The notes beneath the pieces were generated by a model that worked only from the letters and a program-made list of their open reading frames with translations, searched no databases and was not told the origin of the DNA. From an uncultured Oscillospiraceae bacterium (GTDB taxonomy: Bacteria > Bacillota > Clostridia > Oscillospirales > Ruminococcaceae): DNA of 57,695 nt. Of this stretch, positions 29,196 to 36,294 are shown piece by piece. The DNA lies in assembly GCA_964560915.1 (NCBI GenBank), contig CAZLMO010000001.1, positions 1 to 57,695 on the forward strand, in the 5' to 3' direction. The translations under genes were made by a program, and so were the position numbers. Position 1 is the first letter of the stretch. The number at the start of each line of letters is the position of its first letter.

Positions 29196-29804
29196 ATGAA
29201 GATCACTGTTATTAAAGGCCATACTCCGGAAAATGATTACGATGGATATTCACCCCATAATCACTGGGAAGTTATAACTATTCCTGTAAGTGAATATATT
29301 ACTAAAGTTGTTAATCTAGGATTGGTGTTTCCTCCTCCGGCGCTGTCTAAATTTATAATTAATCCGTGGGATATTTCATGGATTAAAAAAAATGTTAAAA
29401 AGACATATGATGGATATGATTTTAAAGAGTATGTTATGCCGGCGCACTTTCATTTATATGCATTCGATAATTACCATGATGGGGTCGATGCAGTACCAAT
29501 GAGTGGCGGGCCTGGAAAATTTGTTACACGAGTTCAAAGTACATACATTCGCCGAAACAAGCACGCGACCGCTGATATTTATGAGTTAACTCTTTATGAA
29601 GGAGGTGGTGAGATGCCCCCACTAGCACCGTGGCAAGAGCATGAGGGATTGGCGGCTATAGAGTATCTTAGTTCTCTCCCTGATATACTTACAGATCCCG
29701 AACAGTGGAAAGTTAAGTTGGATCAACCTGTTCAGCAATGGCAATTATGGCTAATGCTGGCTCGAATTGCAAAGTTAATACAAGAAAAGGAGGGTTCAAA
29801 ATGA
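29196..29804 (+). CDS. hypothetical protein in lysis cassette
   Basis: RBS AAGGAG. 202 aa, soluble. Stop overlaps the next start (ATGA). Confidence 0.5.
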   Translation: MKITVIKGHTPENDYDGYSPHNHWEVITIPVSEYITKVVNLGLVFPPPALSKFIINPWDISWIKKNVKKTYDGYDFKEYVMPAHFHLYAFDNYHDGVDAVPMSGGPGKFVTRVQSTYIRRNKHATADIYELTLYEGGGEMPPLAPWQEHEGLAAIEYLSSLPDILTDPEQWKVKLDQPVQQWQLWLMLARIAKLIQEKEGSK

Positions 29805-30307
29805 ACACAGAGACAATGAATGTTCTGATTGTGTCGGTTCTTATTCCATTTTTAGTAGCCTTCGTTGCACTCTTCCAGCAATTTGCCGCTTCTAAGTCAG
29901 CCGAACTAAAGGTTAAAATGCATAACGACGAGATTGCTAAATATGTTGATATTGCAGAAGATGCAGTGATCACCGCCGTTGGTGCAGTAAGTCAGGTATT
30001 GGTAGACTCACTTAAAGATCTGGCAGAAAATGGTCAACTAACAGAAGAACAAAAAGAATTAGCTTTCACAGAAGCTAAACACCGCGCATTACTTATTATG
30101 GGAATTGCAGCCAAAGCCGCGGTGACAGAGCTCTATGGTAGCTTTGATGATTGGATTAATAATAAGATTGACTATTATGTTGGGTTGAATAAAACCGCCA
30201 AAGCAGCAGGGGTTGTTCTTTTACGACCAAGTCAAATGTCGCGAGGTATTCTACCTAATACCTTTGTGCTCGGGGCTCCGGACGCAAACATTCATCTTAT
30301 TAAATGA
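29801..30307 (+). CDS. holin (LL-H-like, superfamily 6-type)
   Basis: ATG at 29801 lies 7 nt after AAGGAGGG; the track start at 29738 is inside the previous gene. N-terminal TM helix NVLIVSVLIPFLVAFVALF, then a helical tail (DAVITAVGAVSQ...EEQKELAF) typical of LL-H holins. Confidence 0.55.
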   Translation: MNTETMNVLIVSVLIPFLVAFVALFQQFAASKSAELKVKMHNDEIAKYVDIAEDAVITAVGAVSQVLVDSLKDLAENGQLTEEQKELAFTEAKHRALLIMGIAAKAAVTELYGSFDDWINNKIDYYVGLNKTAKAAGVVLLRPSQMSRGILPNTFVLGAPDANIHLIK

Positions 30308-30317
30308 TATTTGAAGG

Positions 30318-30354
30318 CCCCTTGCAGAAAATACAAGGGGTCTTTTTTTTTTTT
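30318..30354 (+). terminator. rho-independent terminator ending the late/lysis operon
   Basis: Stem CCCCTTG / CAAGGGG followed by a T-rich tail (TCT12). Confidence 0.85.
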
Positions 30355-30380
30355 CATTAAAAACATACTCTATAATGAAA
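30354..30380 (+). promoter_or_regulatory. phage promoter-like motif copy 1 (variant)
   Basis: TCATTAAAAACATACTC-TATAAT-GAAA. Matches the family consensus except the first base. Confidence 0.5.
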
Positions 30381-30403
30381 TAATATTTGAAAGGATGTTT
30401 GAG

Positions 30404-30538
30404 ATGGAATTTAATATAGCAATGATAGTTTGGTTGTTTGGTACCTTTATAGGTTCGGCAATTATAGCTGCAGGAGTTGTAAAATTCTGTACAAGAAACG
30501 ACGATAAAGAAGATGATTTCGAAGAAGAAGCTAACTAA
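30404..30538 (+). CDS. small membrane protein (44 aa)
   Basis: GAAAGGA RBS. TM helix IAMIVWLFGTFIGSAIIAAGVV with an acidic tail. The stop lies in the terminator loop. Confidence 0.55.
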   Translation: MEFNIAMIVWLFGTFIGSAIIAAGVVKFCTRNDDKEDDFEEEAN

Positions 30539-30550
30539 GCTTCTTTCTTT
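30525..30550 (+). terminator. intrinsic terminator
   Basis: Stem AAGAAGCT / AGCTTCTT, loop AACTA containing the TAA stop, T-rich tail. Confidence 0.65.
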
Positions 30551-30577
30551 GCAATAAAAACACGGCATATAATGAAA
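30551..30577 (+). promoter_or_regulatory. phage promoter-like motif copy 2
   Basis: GCAATAAAAACACGGCA-TATAAT-GAAA. Confidence 0.6.
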
Positions 30578-30660
30578 AGGAATAAGTATCCTGAGACGAT
30601 TTGAATAAGTGCGCAACTTATTGGCAGATCTGTGGAACTTATTCTTTTCTTTGTTTTTCT
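30578..30660 (+). ncRNA. candidate small RNA / attenuator (no ORF)
   Basis: Lies downstream of motif copy 2 with no RBS-led ORF before the next promoter. GAATAAGT occurs at 30580 and 30603; ACTTATT(C) occurs at 30616 and 30637. These allow nested or mutually exclusive hairpins. The outer stem is followed by TTTTCTTTGTTTTTC. Confidence 0.4.
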
Positions 30661-30764
30661 CATATTTTTAAGCGTTTTCTCTGAAAAAGTGACCCTCGAG
30701 GATGCCCTACAAACGATTTTTATTTGAAACGAATACTATTGTATAGGCCCTATTTCTAACAAAT

Positions 30765-30791
30765 GCAACTTAAACATGTTCTATAATGAAA
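30765..30791 (+). promoter_or_regulatory. phage promoter-like motif copy 3
   Basis: GCAACTTAAACATGTTC-TATAAT-GAAA. Confidence 0.6.
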
Positions 30792-30816
30792 GAATAATTC
30801 GAAAGTGGTGGATTAG

Positions 30817-30915
30817 ATGGGATTAGTATTAAGCATAGTTGTGTATACATTTATGATGGGAGTACTGGTGATATTAGGAAGCCTCGAAAAAGGTTCATAT
30901 CAAGGGAAGCACTAA
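30817..30915 (+). CDS. small membrane protein (32 aa)
   Basis: Not in the ORF track (<60 aa). GTGGTGGA RBS-like. Sequence MGLVLSIVVYTFMMGVLVILGSLEKGSYQGKH. Shares its GKH-stop-terminator end with 30998-31150. Confidence 0.45.
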   Translation: MGLVLSIVVYTFMMGVLVILGSLEKGSYQGKH

Positions 30916-30927
30916 GCTTCTCTTTTT
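30904..30927 (+). terminator. intrinsic terminator
   Basis: Stem GGGAAGC / GCTTCTC, loop ACTAA containing the stop, T5. The 25 nt at 30903-30927 are identical to 31138-31162. Confidence 0.65.
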
Positions 30928-30947
30928 GCGTTATATTTCTTTCCTTT

Positions 30948-30974
30948 GCAATTAAAACATGGCCTATAATGAAA
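30948..30974 (+). promoter_or_regulatory. phage promoter-like motif copy 4
   Basis: GCAATTAAAACATGGCC-TATAAT-GAAA. Confidence 0.6.
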
Positions 30975-30997
30975 GAATAATTAAAGGAGAGATTTAA

Positions 30998-31150
30998 ATG
31001 ACAATGGATATGCAAATTTTAAATGCTGAACTACAAAAATTATCAATGCAAACCGCGAAGGTTTATTTGGTGTTTATGGTAGCCATGGCAGTAGTACTTG
31101 TAATCCGTACATTAAATGAGAAAGGTTATTTTTATAGAGGGAAGCACTAA
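30998..31150 (+). CDS. small membrane protein (50 aa)
   Basis: Not in the ORF track. RBS AAAGGAGAG. TM helix VYLVFMVAMAVVLVI. Ends in GKH-stop inside the terminator loop. Confidence 0.5.
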   Translation: MTMDMQILNAELQKLSMQTAKVYLVFMVAMAVVLVIRTLNEKGYFYRGKH

Positions 31151-31162
31151 GCTTCTCTTTTT
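31139..31162 (+). terminator. intrinsic terminator (duplicate of 30904-30927)
   Basis: Same GGGAAGC-ACTAA-GCTTCTC-TTTTT sequence. Confidence 0.65.
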
Positions 31163-31175
31163 CTATCGATCGATC

Positions 31176-31202
31176 GCAACAATTACACGGCACATAATGA
31201 AT
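31176..31202 (+). promoter_or_regulatory. phage promoter-like motif copy 5
   Basis: GCAACAATTACACGGCA-CATAAT-GAAT. Confidence 0.5.
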
Positions 31203-31268
31203 AGGGGGCATGGAATAATATGGCCTCTTAAATTTTTCAAAAGGAAGGTGTTAATACTATGCAAGACC

Positions 31269-31343
31269 GCGAGCCTATTTGGGATGAGATTGAGGCTGAT
31301 GTTAATGCTGTTGCGAAAAACAAGGGTATGTAACTGAGACACA
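31269..31343 (+). CDS. possible 24-aa leader peptide
   Basis: AAGGAAGG RBS 8 nt upstream. Sequence MQDREPIWDEIEADVNAVAKNKGM. Very short, so speculative. Confidence 0.2.
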
Positions 31344-31373
31344 AATTTCCAAAAAACGTAGGAGGACAAACGA

Positions 31374-32168
31374 ATGGACTTTAGTTCAGTGCAGCGAGGC
31401 GTAAAAAACCTCGGGGGAGTAATTTCTAAAAACAGTCCACATATTTTAACAGGGTTAGGATGCGCAGGAGTATTTACAACTGCCATTTTAACAGGCCGTG
31501 CAACTTTAAAAGCGCATACCATTTTAGAGCGAGAAGAGGAATATAGAAAAGAGCAGAATAAAGACTCTTATTCAGAACCTCTTCCCCCAATGGAAGTTGT
31601 GCAATTAACATGGAAGACCTTTGTTCCCCCAGTACTTATGGGATTAACTTCTATTGCATGTATCGTAGGGGCCAACACAATCAGTGCAAATCGCAATGCG
31701 GCTATTGCAGCGTTATATTCTTTAAGCGAGACTGCGTTTCGCGAATATAAGGACAAGGTTGTAGAAGAAGTTGGTAAAACAAAAGAACGAGCAATTCGAG
31801 ACAGCATTTCACAAGATCATATTAATGCGCGTCCGGTGAACACAAGCACCGTTATTGTCACTGGTCAGGGGGATGTACTGTGCCATGATGCGATGTCAAA
31901 AAGATATTTTAGATCCAGTCCGGAAAAAATCCGTCAGGTGGTGGCAGATTTAGACGATTTGCTTCGATTGGAGTCCTGGATACCACTTAATGAATTTTAT
32001 TATCGATTACATATGGATACATGCGATCTTGGTGCAAATTGTGGTTTTAATCCTTATAAGGGGAATGGACGAGTTGAAATTGATTATAATAGCAGCCTCA
32101 CTCCAGAGGGCATTCCTTGCCTTGAAGTTAGTGCGAAAACATATCCTAATCCAAATTGGATACCATAA
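31374..32168 (+). CDS. membrane-anchored protein, paralog A of 41177-42121
   Basis: RBS TAGGAGGA. Shares with the 41177 product P.IL.G.G..GV..T..L...ATLKA..IL.E and N.A..AAY.L.E.AF..Y...V..E.G. Resembles an uncharacterised phage family (possibly DUF6353-type; unverified). Confidence 0.6.
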   Translation: MDFSSVQRGVKNLGGVISKNSPHILTGLGCAGVFTTAILTGRATLKAHTILEREEEYRKEQNKDSYSEPLPPMEVVQLTWKTFVPPVLMGLTSIACIVGANTISANRNAAIAALYSLSETAFREYKDKVVEEVGKTKERAIRDSISQDHINARPVNTSTVIVTGQGDVLCHDAMSKRYFRSSPEKIRQVVADLDDLLRLESWIPLNEFYYRLHMDTCDLGANCGFNPYKGNGRVEIDYNSSLTPEGIPCLEVSAKTYPNPNWIP

Positions 32169-32171
32169 AAC

Positions 32172-32198
32172 GCACATAAAACTTGCCCCATAATGGAA
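32172..32198 (+). promoter_or_regulatory. phage promoter-like motif copy 6
   Basis: GCACATAAAACTTGCCC-CATAAT-GGAA. The 29 nt at 32167-32195 are identical to 35256-35284. Confidence 0.55.
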
Positions 32199-32215
32199 AG
32201 AAAGGAGATGGGAAA

Positions 32216-32500
32216 ATGACAATTAATTTACCCAAAACAATGAAATCAAAAATCAAAGACGAGAGGTCTAAGGTTTTCACACAGATGTGTAAACCAGAAA
32301 TTTCTCCCCAAGAATGGGAGCTATTAAACAGAAAGTATCAAGCATATTCGGACATGATTAAACCATCATGGACGATTACGCCTGACGCAATCTTGTTTGC
32401 GGCTACTAATTTGGGCGGGATCTTGTTGGTACTCAACTATGAGAAACTGGACATTATACGTAGTAAGGCGTTTGGCTTATTGTTCAAGGGAAGGGTTTAA
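32216..32500 (+). CDS. small protein with C-terminal TM helix (94 aa)
   Basis: ATG at 32216 lies 8 nt after AAGGAG. The stop lies in the terminator loop. Confidence 0.55.
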   Translation: MTINLPKTMKSKIKDERSKVFTQMCKPEISPQEWELLNRKYQAYSDMIKPSWTITPDAILFAATNLGGILLVLNYEKLDIIRSKAFGLLFKGRV

Positions 32501-32518
32501 AGGGCCCTTCTCCTTTTT
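32490..32518 (+). terminator. intrinsic terminator
   Basis: Stem GAAGGG / CCCTTC with the TAA stop in the loop, then T5. Confidence 0.6.
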
Positions 32519-32558
32519 GTGTCGCCTCATAAATAAACGAAACGAAAGGAAGAACGAA

Positions 32559-32819
32559 ATGAAAAAACAATTAGTTACTTTAGGTCTGATCGCAGGTGGC
32601 GCTTATATTATGGGGAAGGTTATATGGATAGTCGCCGAGGTTAGTTTTAAATTCGGAGAAATGGTCGGCGAAGTAGAAGCGACAGCTAATGAATTGGATA
32701 GACAGCGACAAGAAAGTTATTACAATGATACGTACAAAGCAACTAGAAGACGTAATCGTGATCGCCGTATTACTTACAGAACATACTCTGAAAAAGGAGA
32801 GGGTGAGGGTGATATCTAA
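32559..32819 (+). CDS. small membrane protein (86 aa)
   Basis: RBS AAAGGAAG. TM helix LVTLGLIAGGAYIMGKVIWIVA with a basic/acidic tail. Confidence 0.55.
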   Translation: MKKQLVTLGLIAGGAYIMGKVIWIVAEVSFKFGEMVGEVEATANELDRQRQESYYNDTYKATRRRNRDRRITYRTYSEKGEGEGDI

Positions 32820-33075
32820 CGAATTTGATCGCCTATTCGAGGTACTAGGTGAAACAGGAGAATCTTTATTGCGATTGGCTGAACAGATATCGGCATATTG
32901 CTCCGCGGATTCGATGGCTACGCTATTTTGTTACGTTGACAATATTGATCTTTTTTATACTCCATCCAAGCCGTATGCTATGTATTTACCTTGTAGATAT
33001 CATAAACCCCGATGGCTTACAAAGGTGTTTTATCAACGGGTTCGTAGGGAACCCTATCAGCAAAGAAAATACTAA
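32809..33075 (+). CDS. hypothetical protein (88 aa)
   Basis: GTG at 32809 lies 8 nt after AAAGGAGAG and overlaps the previous stop. Confidence 0.45.
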   Translation: MISNEFDRLFEVLGETGESLLRLAEQISAYCSADSMATLFCYVDNIDLFYTPSKPYAMYLPCRYHKPRWLTKVFYQRVRREPYQQRKY

Positions 33076-33120
33076 TACACAAGAAACATGTGAAATTGAT
33101 TAAAAGAAAGAGGAATAAAA

Positions 33121-33291
33121 ATGAAATTAACTGAAGTATTAATTACCACTCTGCTCAAGCACGGTGCCTTTGGCGAAATGAAAAATTTCAAAACCGAAAT
33201 CTTTATTCCGGGCGAAACCAAGGATGAAAATGTTAAAATTGTCGTCACAGCAGATGCTTTACAAATTCGTATGGATAGGGAGGCAAAATAA
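33121..33291 (+). CDS. hypothetical protein (56 aa)
   Basis: Not in the ORF track. RBS AAGAGGAA. Stop overlaps the next start (TAATG). Confidence 0.45.
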   Translation: MKLTEVLITTLLKHGAFGEMKNFKTEIFIPGETKDENVKIVVTADALQIRMDREAK

Positions 33292-33665
33292 TGTTACAGG
33301 ATCAACAAATAGGGATATATATTGGCGACAATGCTGCTAAATATACATGCGTTTTTAAAGGTTTTCTTGGCTCATCGAGCACGATTACTGCTTTACCAAC
33401 CACATATGAAATGGGGTGGATGTATATTGTAGATAATTCGGGGAAGTTAAAAACGTACGCTGGACAGCTTGTTGACGTTGGCGATTGTATAATGGCAATG
33501 GTTGATCGAAATGGTGTCGATAATCAAGACGACGACTGGCTTGTTCTACCCATAAACTGGCAGCCTTCGAGCAAGGAATGTGCGGCCTTAATCATTAACG
33601 AAAAAATTTCAGCACTTGACCATCAAGCAGAAATAAACAGAAATGAACGAAAGAAAAATGTTTGA
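33291..33665 (+). CDS. hypothetical protein with tail-fibre-like domain
   Basis: GWMYIVDNSGKLKTYAGQLVDVGDCIMAMVDRNGVDNQDDDWLVLPIN aligns with fibre 1 GWAYKVIEAGTIKGKVCEVGDLLVATVDRASAGVDADWLVLQTN. Confidence 0.55.
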   Translation: MLQDQQIGIYIGDNAAKYTCVFKGFLGSSSTITALPTTYEMGWMYIVDNSGKLKTYAGQLVDVGDCIMAMVDRNGVDNQDDDWLVLPINWQPSSKECAALIINEKISALDHQAEINRNERKKNV

Positions 33666-34224
33666 TCCATTTGCTTCGCAAAGGAAGGCCATCGTACTAT
33701 ATCGCGATATCTTTTGGATCTGCCTGACAATCGTAACATTTTGGCTATTCTTCTCGTGGTCCCCCGTACTCTCTACAACTGTCGAGCCCCTTCCTCCCTT
33801 TGAGATTTCTAAATCCGTGATATTTACGCCGTCTCCTCCACCTCGATATGGATTTACAGATAGTGATATTTACTTAATGTCTGTACTCTTGACCGGGTCG
33901 AAGGACGTTGGTGGGGATGGAGAGTTTGACTTTGATTATGGCCGACAGGATGAGTTTGATCAAATTTCTTTAGTTTTATGTGTAGTTATGAACCGAGTTC
34001 AATCCAATTTATACCCAAATACTGTAGCCGAGGTTATTTGGCAACGAAATCAGTTTTCTCCAATGGTTCTATGGAAGGATGCACTTCCACAAGTTAGTGA
34101 TATTTCTCTTACAACCGTAACACATTGGTGTAATGCGTATGACGCCTATGATATTAGTATACAAACTATCCCAGAAGACCATTTATATTTTACAGGAGAC
34201 GGATTTAAAAATTATAGTCGATAA
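33643..34224 (+). CDS. membrane-anchored SleB-like cell wall hydrolase
   Basis: N-terminal TM helix IFWICLTIVTFWLFF. LVLCVVMNRVQSNLYPNTVAEVIWQRNQFSPM matches the SleB/Hydrolase_2 signature (VV.NRv.s..fP.tv..V..q..QFs). Confidence 0.65.
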   Translation: MNERKMFDPFASQRKAIVLYRDIFWICLTIVTFWLFFSWSPVLSTTVEPLPPFEISKSVIFTPSPPPRYGFTDSDIYLMSVLLTGSKDVGGDGEFDFDYGRQDEFDQISLVLCVVMNRVQSNLYPNTVAEVIWQRNQFSPMVLWKDALPQVSDISLTTVTHWCNAYDAYDISIQTIPEDHLYFTGDGFKNYSR

Positions 34225-34234
34225 GGAGGACGCC

Positions 34235-34609
34235 GTGCATATTTTTACATTTGTAATAGACTATTGGAGCGACATTCTTGTGATATTACTATTACTTATC
34301 TTGACGCTGATCGGGATTCATCACTGGCTCAAGATATTAATTCGAGCATCTCGAAGAATGCCTGTTAAAGAAAAAATTGCATACACAACACGACTTCTTG
34401 CCAACTTAGTGCCGATGGTTGCAGTTCTTAAAACCGAAGCATTTCGTAAATATGGCCCAGATGATGAAGCTGGTAAGAATTCGATACTTTATCGAGCGTA
34501 TCTAATTGATGAGCTCTATAAAAGGGTTCCGGATGAGTATAAAAAATATATAAGTATTGAAAACCTTGATGCAATTATTGCCGGAGCTAACCGTACAGAC
34601 GAGATCTAA
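34235..34609 (+). CDS. membrane protein (124 aa)
   Basis: GTG lies 4 nt after TAAGGAGGA. TM helix ILVILLLLILTLIGI. Confidence 0.5.
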   Translation: MHIFTFVIDYWSDILVILLLLILTLIGIHHWLKILIRASRRMPVKEKIAYTTRLLANLVPMVAVLKTEAFRKYGPDDEAGKNSILYRAYLIDELYKRVPDEYKKYISIENLDAIIAGANRTDEI

Positions 34610-34614
34610 GGCTC

Positions 34615-34641
34615 GCATATAAAACCTCCCGTATAATGGGA
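34615..34641 (+). promoter_or_regulatory. phage promoter-like motif copy 7
   Basis: GCATATAAAACCTCCCG-TATAAT-GGGA. Confidence 0.55.
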
Positions 34642-34670
34642 GTTATAATAAGAAAGGATGGAGAAAGATT

Positions 34671-34937
34671 ATGAAAAAAATTGGAAAACTTGTGGTAGGA
34701 GGAATTGAGGCGCTCACGGCGATTGGCGTGGGTACGTTAGTAGGCGGCGCACTTGTATTGGTGACACCGGCCAACCCTAACCTAATTAAAAAAATGGGTA
34801 TAGGCTTGGCGGGGTTCGCTATTTCATGTATGGCGATTGAAAACGTTAACGCATATGTTGACGAGCAACTCGAGGAAATTATCAATCCGTTTAAGGATCA
34901 AAAACTAGACGAAACTGTCAAAGGAGTAGAGGCGTAA
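34671..34937 (+). CDS. small membrane protein (88 aa, 2 TM)
   Basis: RBS AAAGGATGGAG. Gly/Ala-rich TM helices. The stop lies in the terminator loop. Confidence 0.6.
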   Translation: MKKIGKLVVGGIEALTAIGVGTLVGGALVLVTPANPNLIKKMGIGLAGFAISCMAIENVNAYVDEQLEEIINPFKDQKLDETVKGVEA

Positions 34938-34954
34938 AGCCTCTCTTCTTTTTT
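34928..34954 (+). terminator. intrinsic terminator
   Basis: Stem AGAGGC / GCCTCT, loop GTAAA containing the TAA stop, T-rich tail. Confidence 0.65.
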
Positions 34955-34974
34955 AAAAAGAAAGGAATAAAATC

Positions 34975-35268
34975 GTGGAAGTTTTAGTAATGAGTATAAT
35001 TGCATTTTTGACACTGATAAGCTTCTCGGTATTGAATGGTATGAAGAAAGTACAAAAAATGCATCGACATCTAGAGGAAGAAGTCATTCCTCCACCAGCA
35101 CCTCCGATGCCGCCAACCCCAGAAGAGATAGCAGGGTGGGTTTTTCCAAATAAAGACGAAGCTATCAGCATGTGCACTTATATTTTGTGTACAGATTTAT
35201 ACGAGGTGGTTCGAAATAGGAAAAATGGTAAACTTACTAAAGGTTGGGTACTTAAAAAACGCACATAA
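34975..35268 (+). CDS. small membrane protein with Pro-rich linker (97 aa)
   Basis: GTG after AAAGGAA, or ATG at 34990. TM helix IIAFLTLISFSVL, then PPPAPPMPPTPEE. Confidence 0.5.
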   Translation: MEVLVMSIIAFLTLISFSVLNGMKKVQKMHRHLEEEVIPPPAPPMPPTPEEIAGWVFPNKDEAISMCTYILCTDLYEVVRNRKNGKLTKGWVLKKRT

Positions 35269-35287
35269 AACTTGCCCCATAATGAAA
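35261..35287 (+). promoter_or_regulatory. phage promoter-like motif copy 8
   Basis: GCACATAAAACTTGCCC-CATAAT-GAAA. Overlaps the stop of the upstream CDS and drives the tRNA-like element. Confidence 0.55.
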
Positions 35288-35375
35288 GAATATGCTAAAT
35301 GTATGGAGTAATGGTAACTCGCCGATTCGTCGGAGACGTGGTTCGAAGCCACTAACCATATTCTTTCATTTTTAA
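35288..35375 (+). ncRNA. tRNA-like structured RNA (non-canonical, no anticodon loop)
   Basis: The closing stem is GAATATG (35288-35294) with CATATTC (35357-35363), extendable to 14 bp. The D-arm-like element is GAGT-AATGGTA-ACTC (35306-35320). The UUCG-capped mini helix is CCGA-TTCG-TCGG (35322-35333). The T-arm-like element is GTGG-TTCGAAG-CCAC (35338-35352). A T5 tail follows, and the region has no ORF. Confidence 0.4.
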
Positions 35376-35402
35376 CATTATTAAAGAAAGGAGAAAGGCT
35401 CT

Positions 35403-36290
35403 ATGCAATTAACCCCAATGCTTGGTGAAAACCTAAAGAACTATCCTATATCTGTGCTAGAGGGCAAACTCTGGCGCATGTCGGAAAAAGTTGATGGAAC
35501 CCGTAGATTATTTTATAAATCTGCGACGGCTGATATTTCGGCATGGAGCCGTGCAAATATCGAAGACCCATGGCTAAAACATATCGCAGATCATGTTAGT
35601 GCTCCGTGGTTTCCACATGACACTGTTTATGACTGCGAACTGGTAGATCGAGAATTATATTTTAAACATGCTCCAAGTTTTATTCTGAGATCTGTAACGA
35701 ACGCGAAGGCGTCACAACAGTATCCTGATAATAAAACAGATCTTATGTCGGTTTGTTTTGATATGTTCCGCCCCGGTGGAGATCTTCGTTTGGGAAGAGA
35801 GCGCGATGCCGAATTATATGCTCTGTTTAATGGAACCTCTCAGCGCGACCCAATGGTACGCGTTCCTATATTTGGAAACGTGTTTGGTGGAGATTCGGAG
35901 ACAATTCAAAAAACCATGTCTGAAGTTACCGCTCGAAATGGCGAAGGACTCATGCTTATGGATATGGGTTCTATTTATATTCCAGGCAGAAGCACTGCGC
36001 TTCTAAAGGTAAAACGACTGCAGGAGTTTATTGGTCAAGTAATTGATGTTGAAATGGCACGACCCGGAACAAAAATTGCGGGTATGATTGCGGCAGTTGT
36101 CTGTATTGTAGACGGTTGTACGGTGCCTGTTCGAGTTGGTACGGGATTTAACAATTCCGAAAGAATCGCCATGGTAAACGATTCACCAATTGGGAAAAAG
36201 ATTGAAATCGAAGCGTTTTCATATTCTCAAGATAAACGCGGCGCGGTCTCTTTAAATCTACCAGTATTTAAACAATTTGTAGGAGGATAA
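35403..36290 (+). CDS. lig: ATP-dependent DNA ligase
   Basis: Nucleotidyltransferase motifs are present: I EKVDGTR, III VYDCELV, IV GEGLMLMD and V ALLKVKR. A compact T7-like size of 295 aa. Confidence 0.85.
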   Translation: MQLTPMLGENLKNYPISVLEGKLWRMSEKVDGTRRLFYKSATADISAWSRANIEDPWLKHIADHVSAPWFPHDTVYDCELVDRELYFKHAPSFILRSVTNAKASQQYPDNKTDLMSVCFDMFRPGGDLRLGRERDAELYALFNGTSQRDPMVRVPIFGNVFGGDSETIQKTMSEVTARNGEGLMLMDMGSIYIPGRSTALLKVKRLQEFIGQVIDVEMARPGTKIAGMIAAVVCIVDGCTVPVRVGTGFNNSERIAMVNDSPIGKKIEIEAFSYSQDKRGAVSLNLPVFKQFVGG

Positions 36291-36294
36291 GCGA

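Noticed and set aside
35288-35363. A canonical tRNA gene.
   Set aside because: The anticodon arm is replaced by a 4-bp helix with a 4-nt UUCG loop. Only 16 nt lie between the D-like and T-like arms, where 22-23 are needed. There are 4 extra bases between the T-stem and the acceptor 3' strand. It is kept only as a tRNA-like candidate.
35758-36006. Internal alternative-frame ORFs inside strongly supported genes. Examples are 35758-36006 in the ligase, 49151-49435 and 50618-50833 in the replicase, 12531-12971 in the tape measure gene and 54313-54507.
   Set aside because: They are embedded in genes whose main frame carries clear catalytic motifs. They have no RBS, and their composition is typical of off-frame translation.
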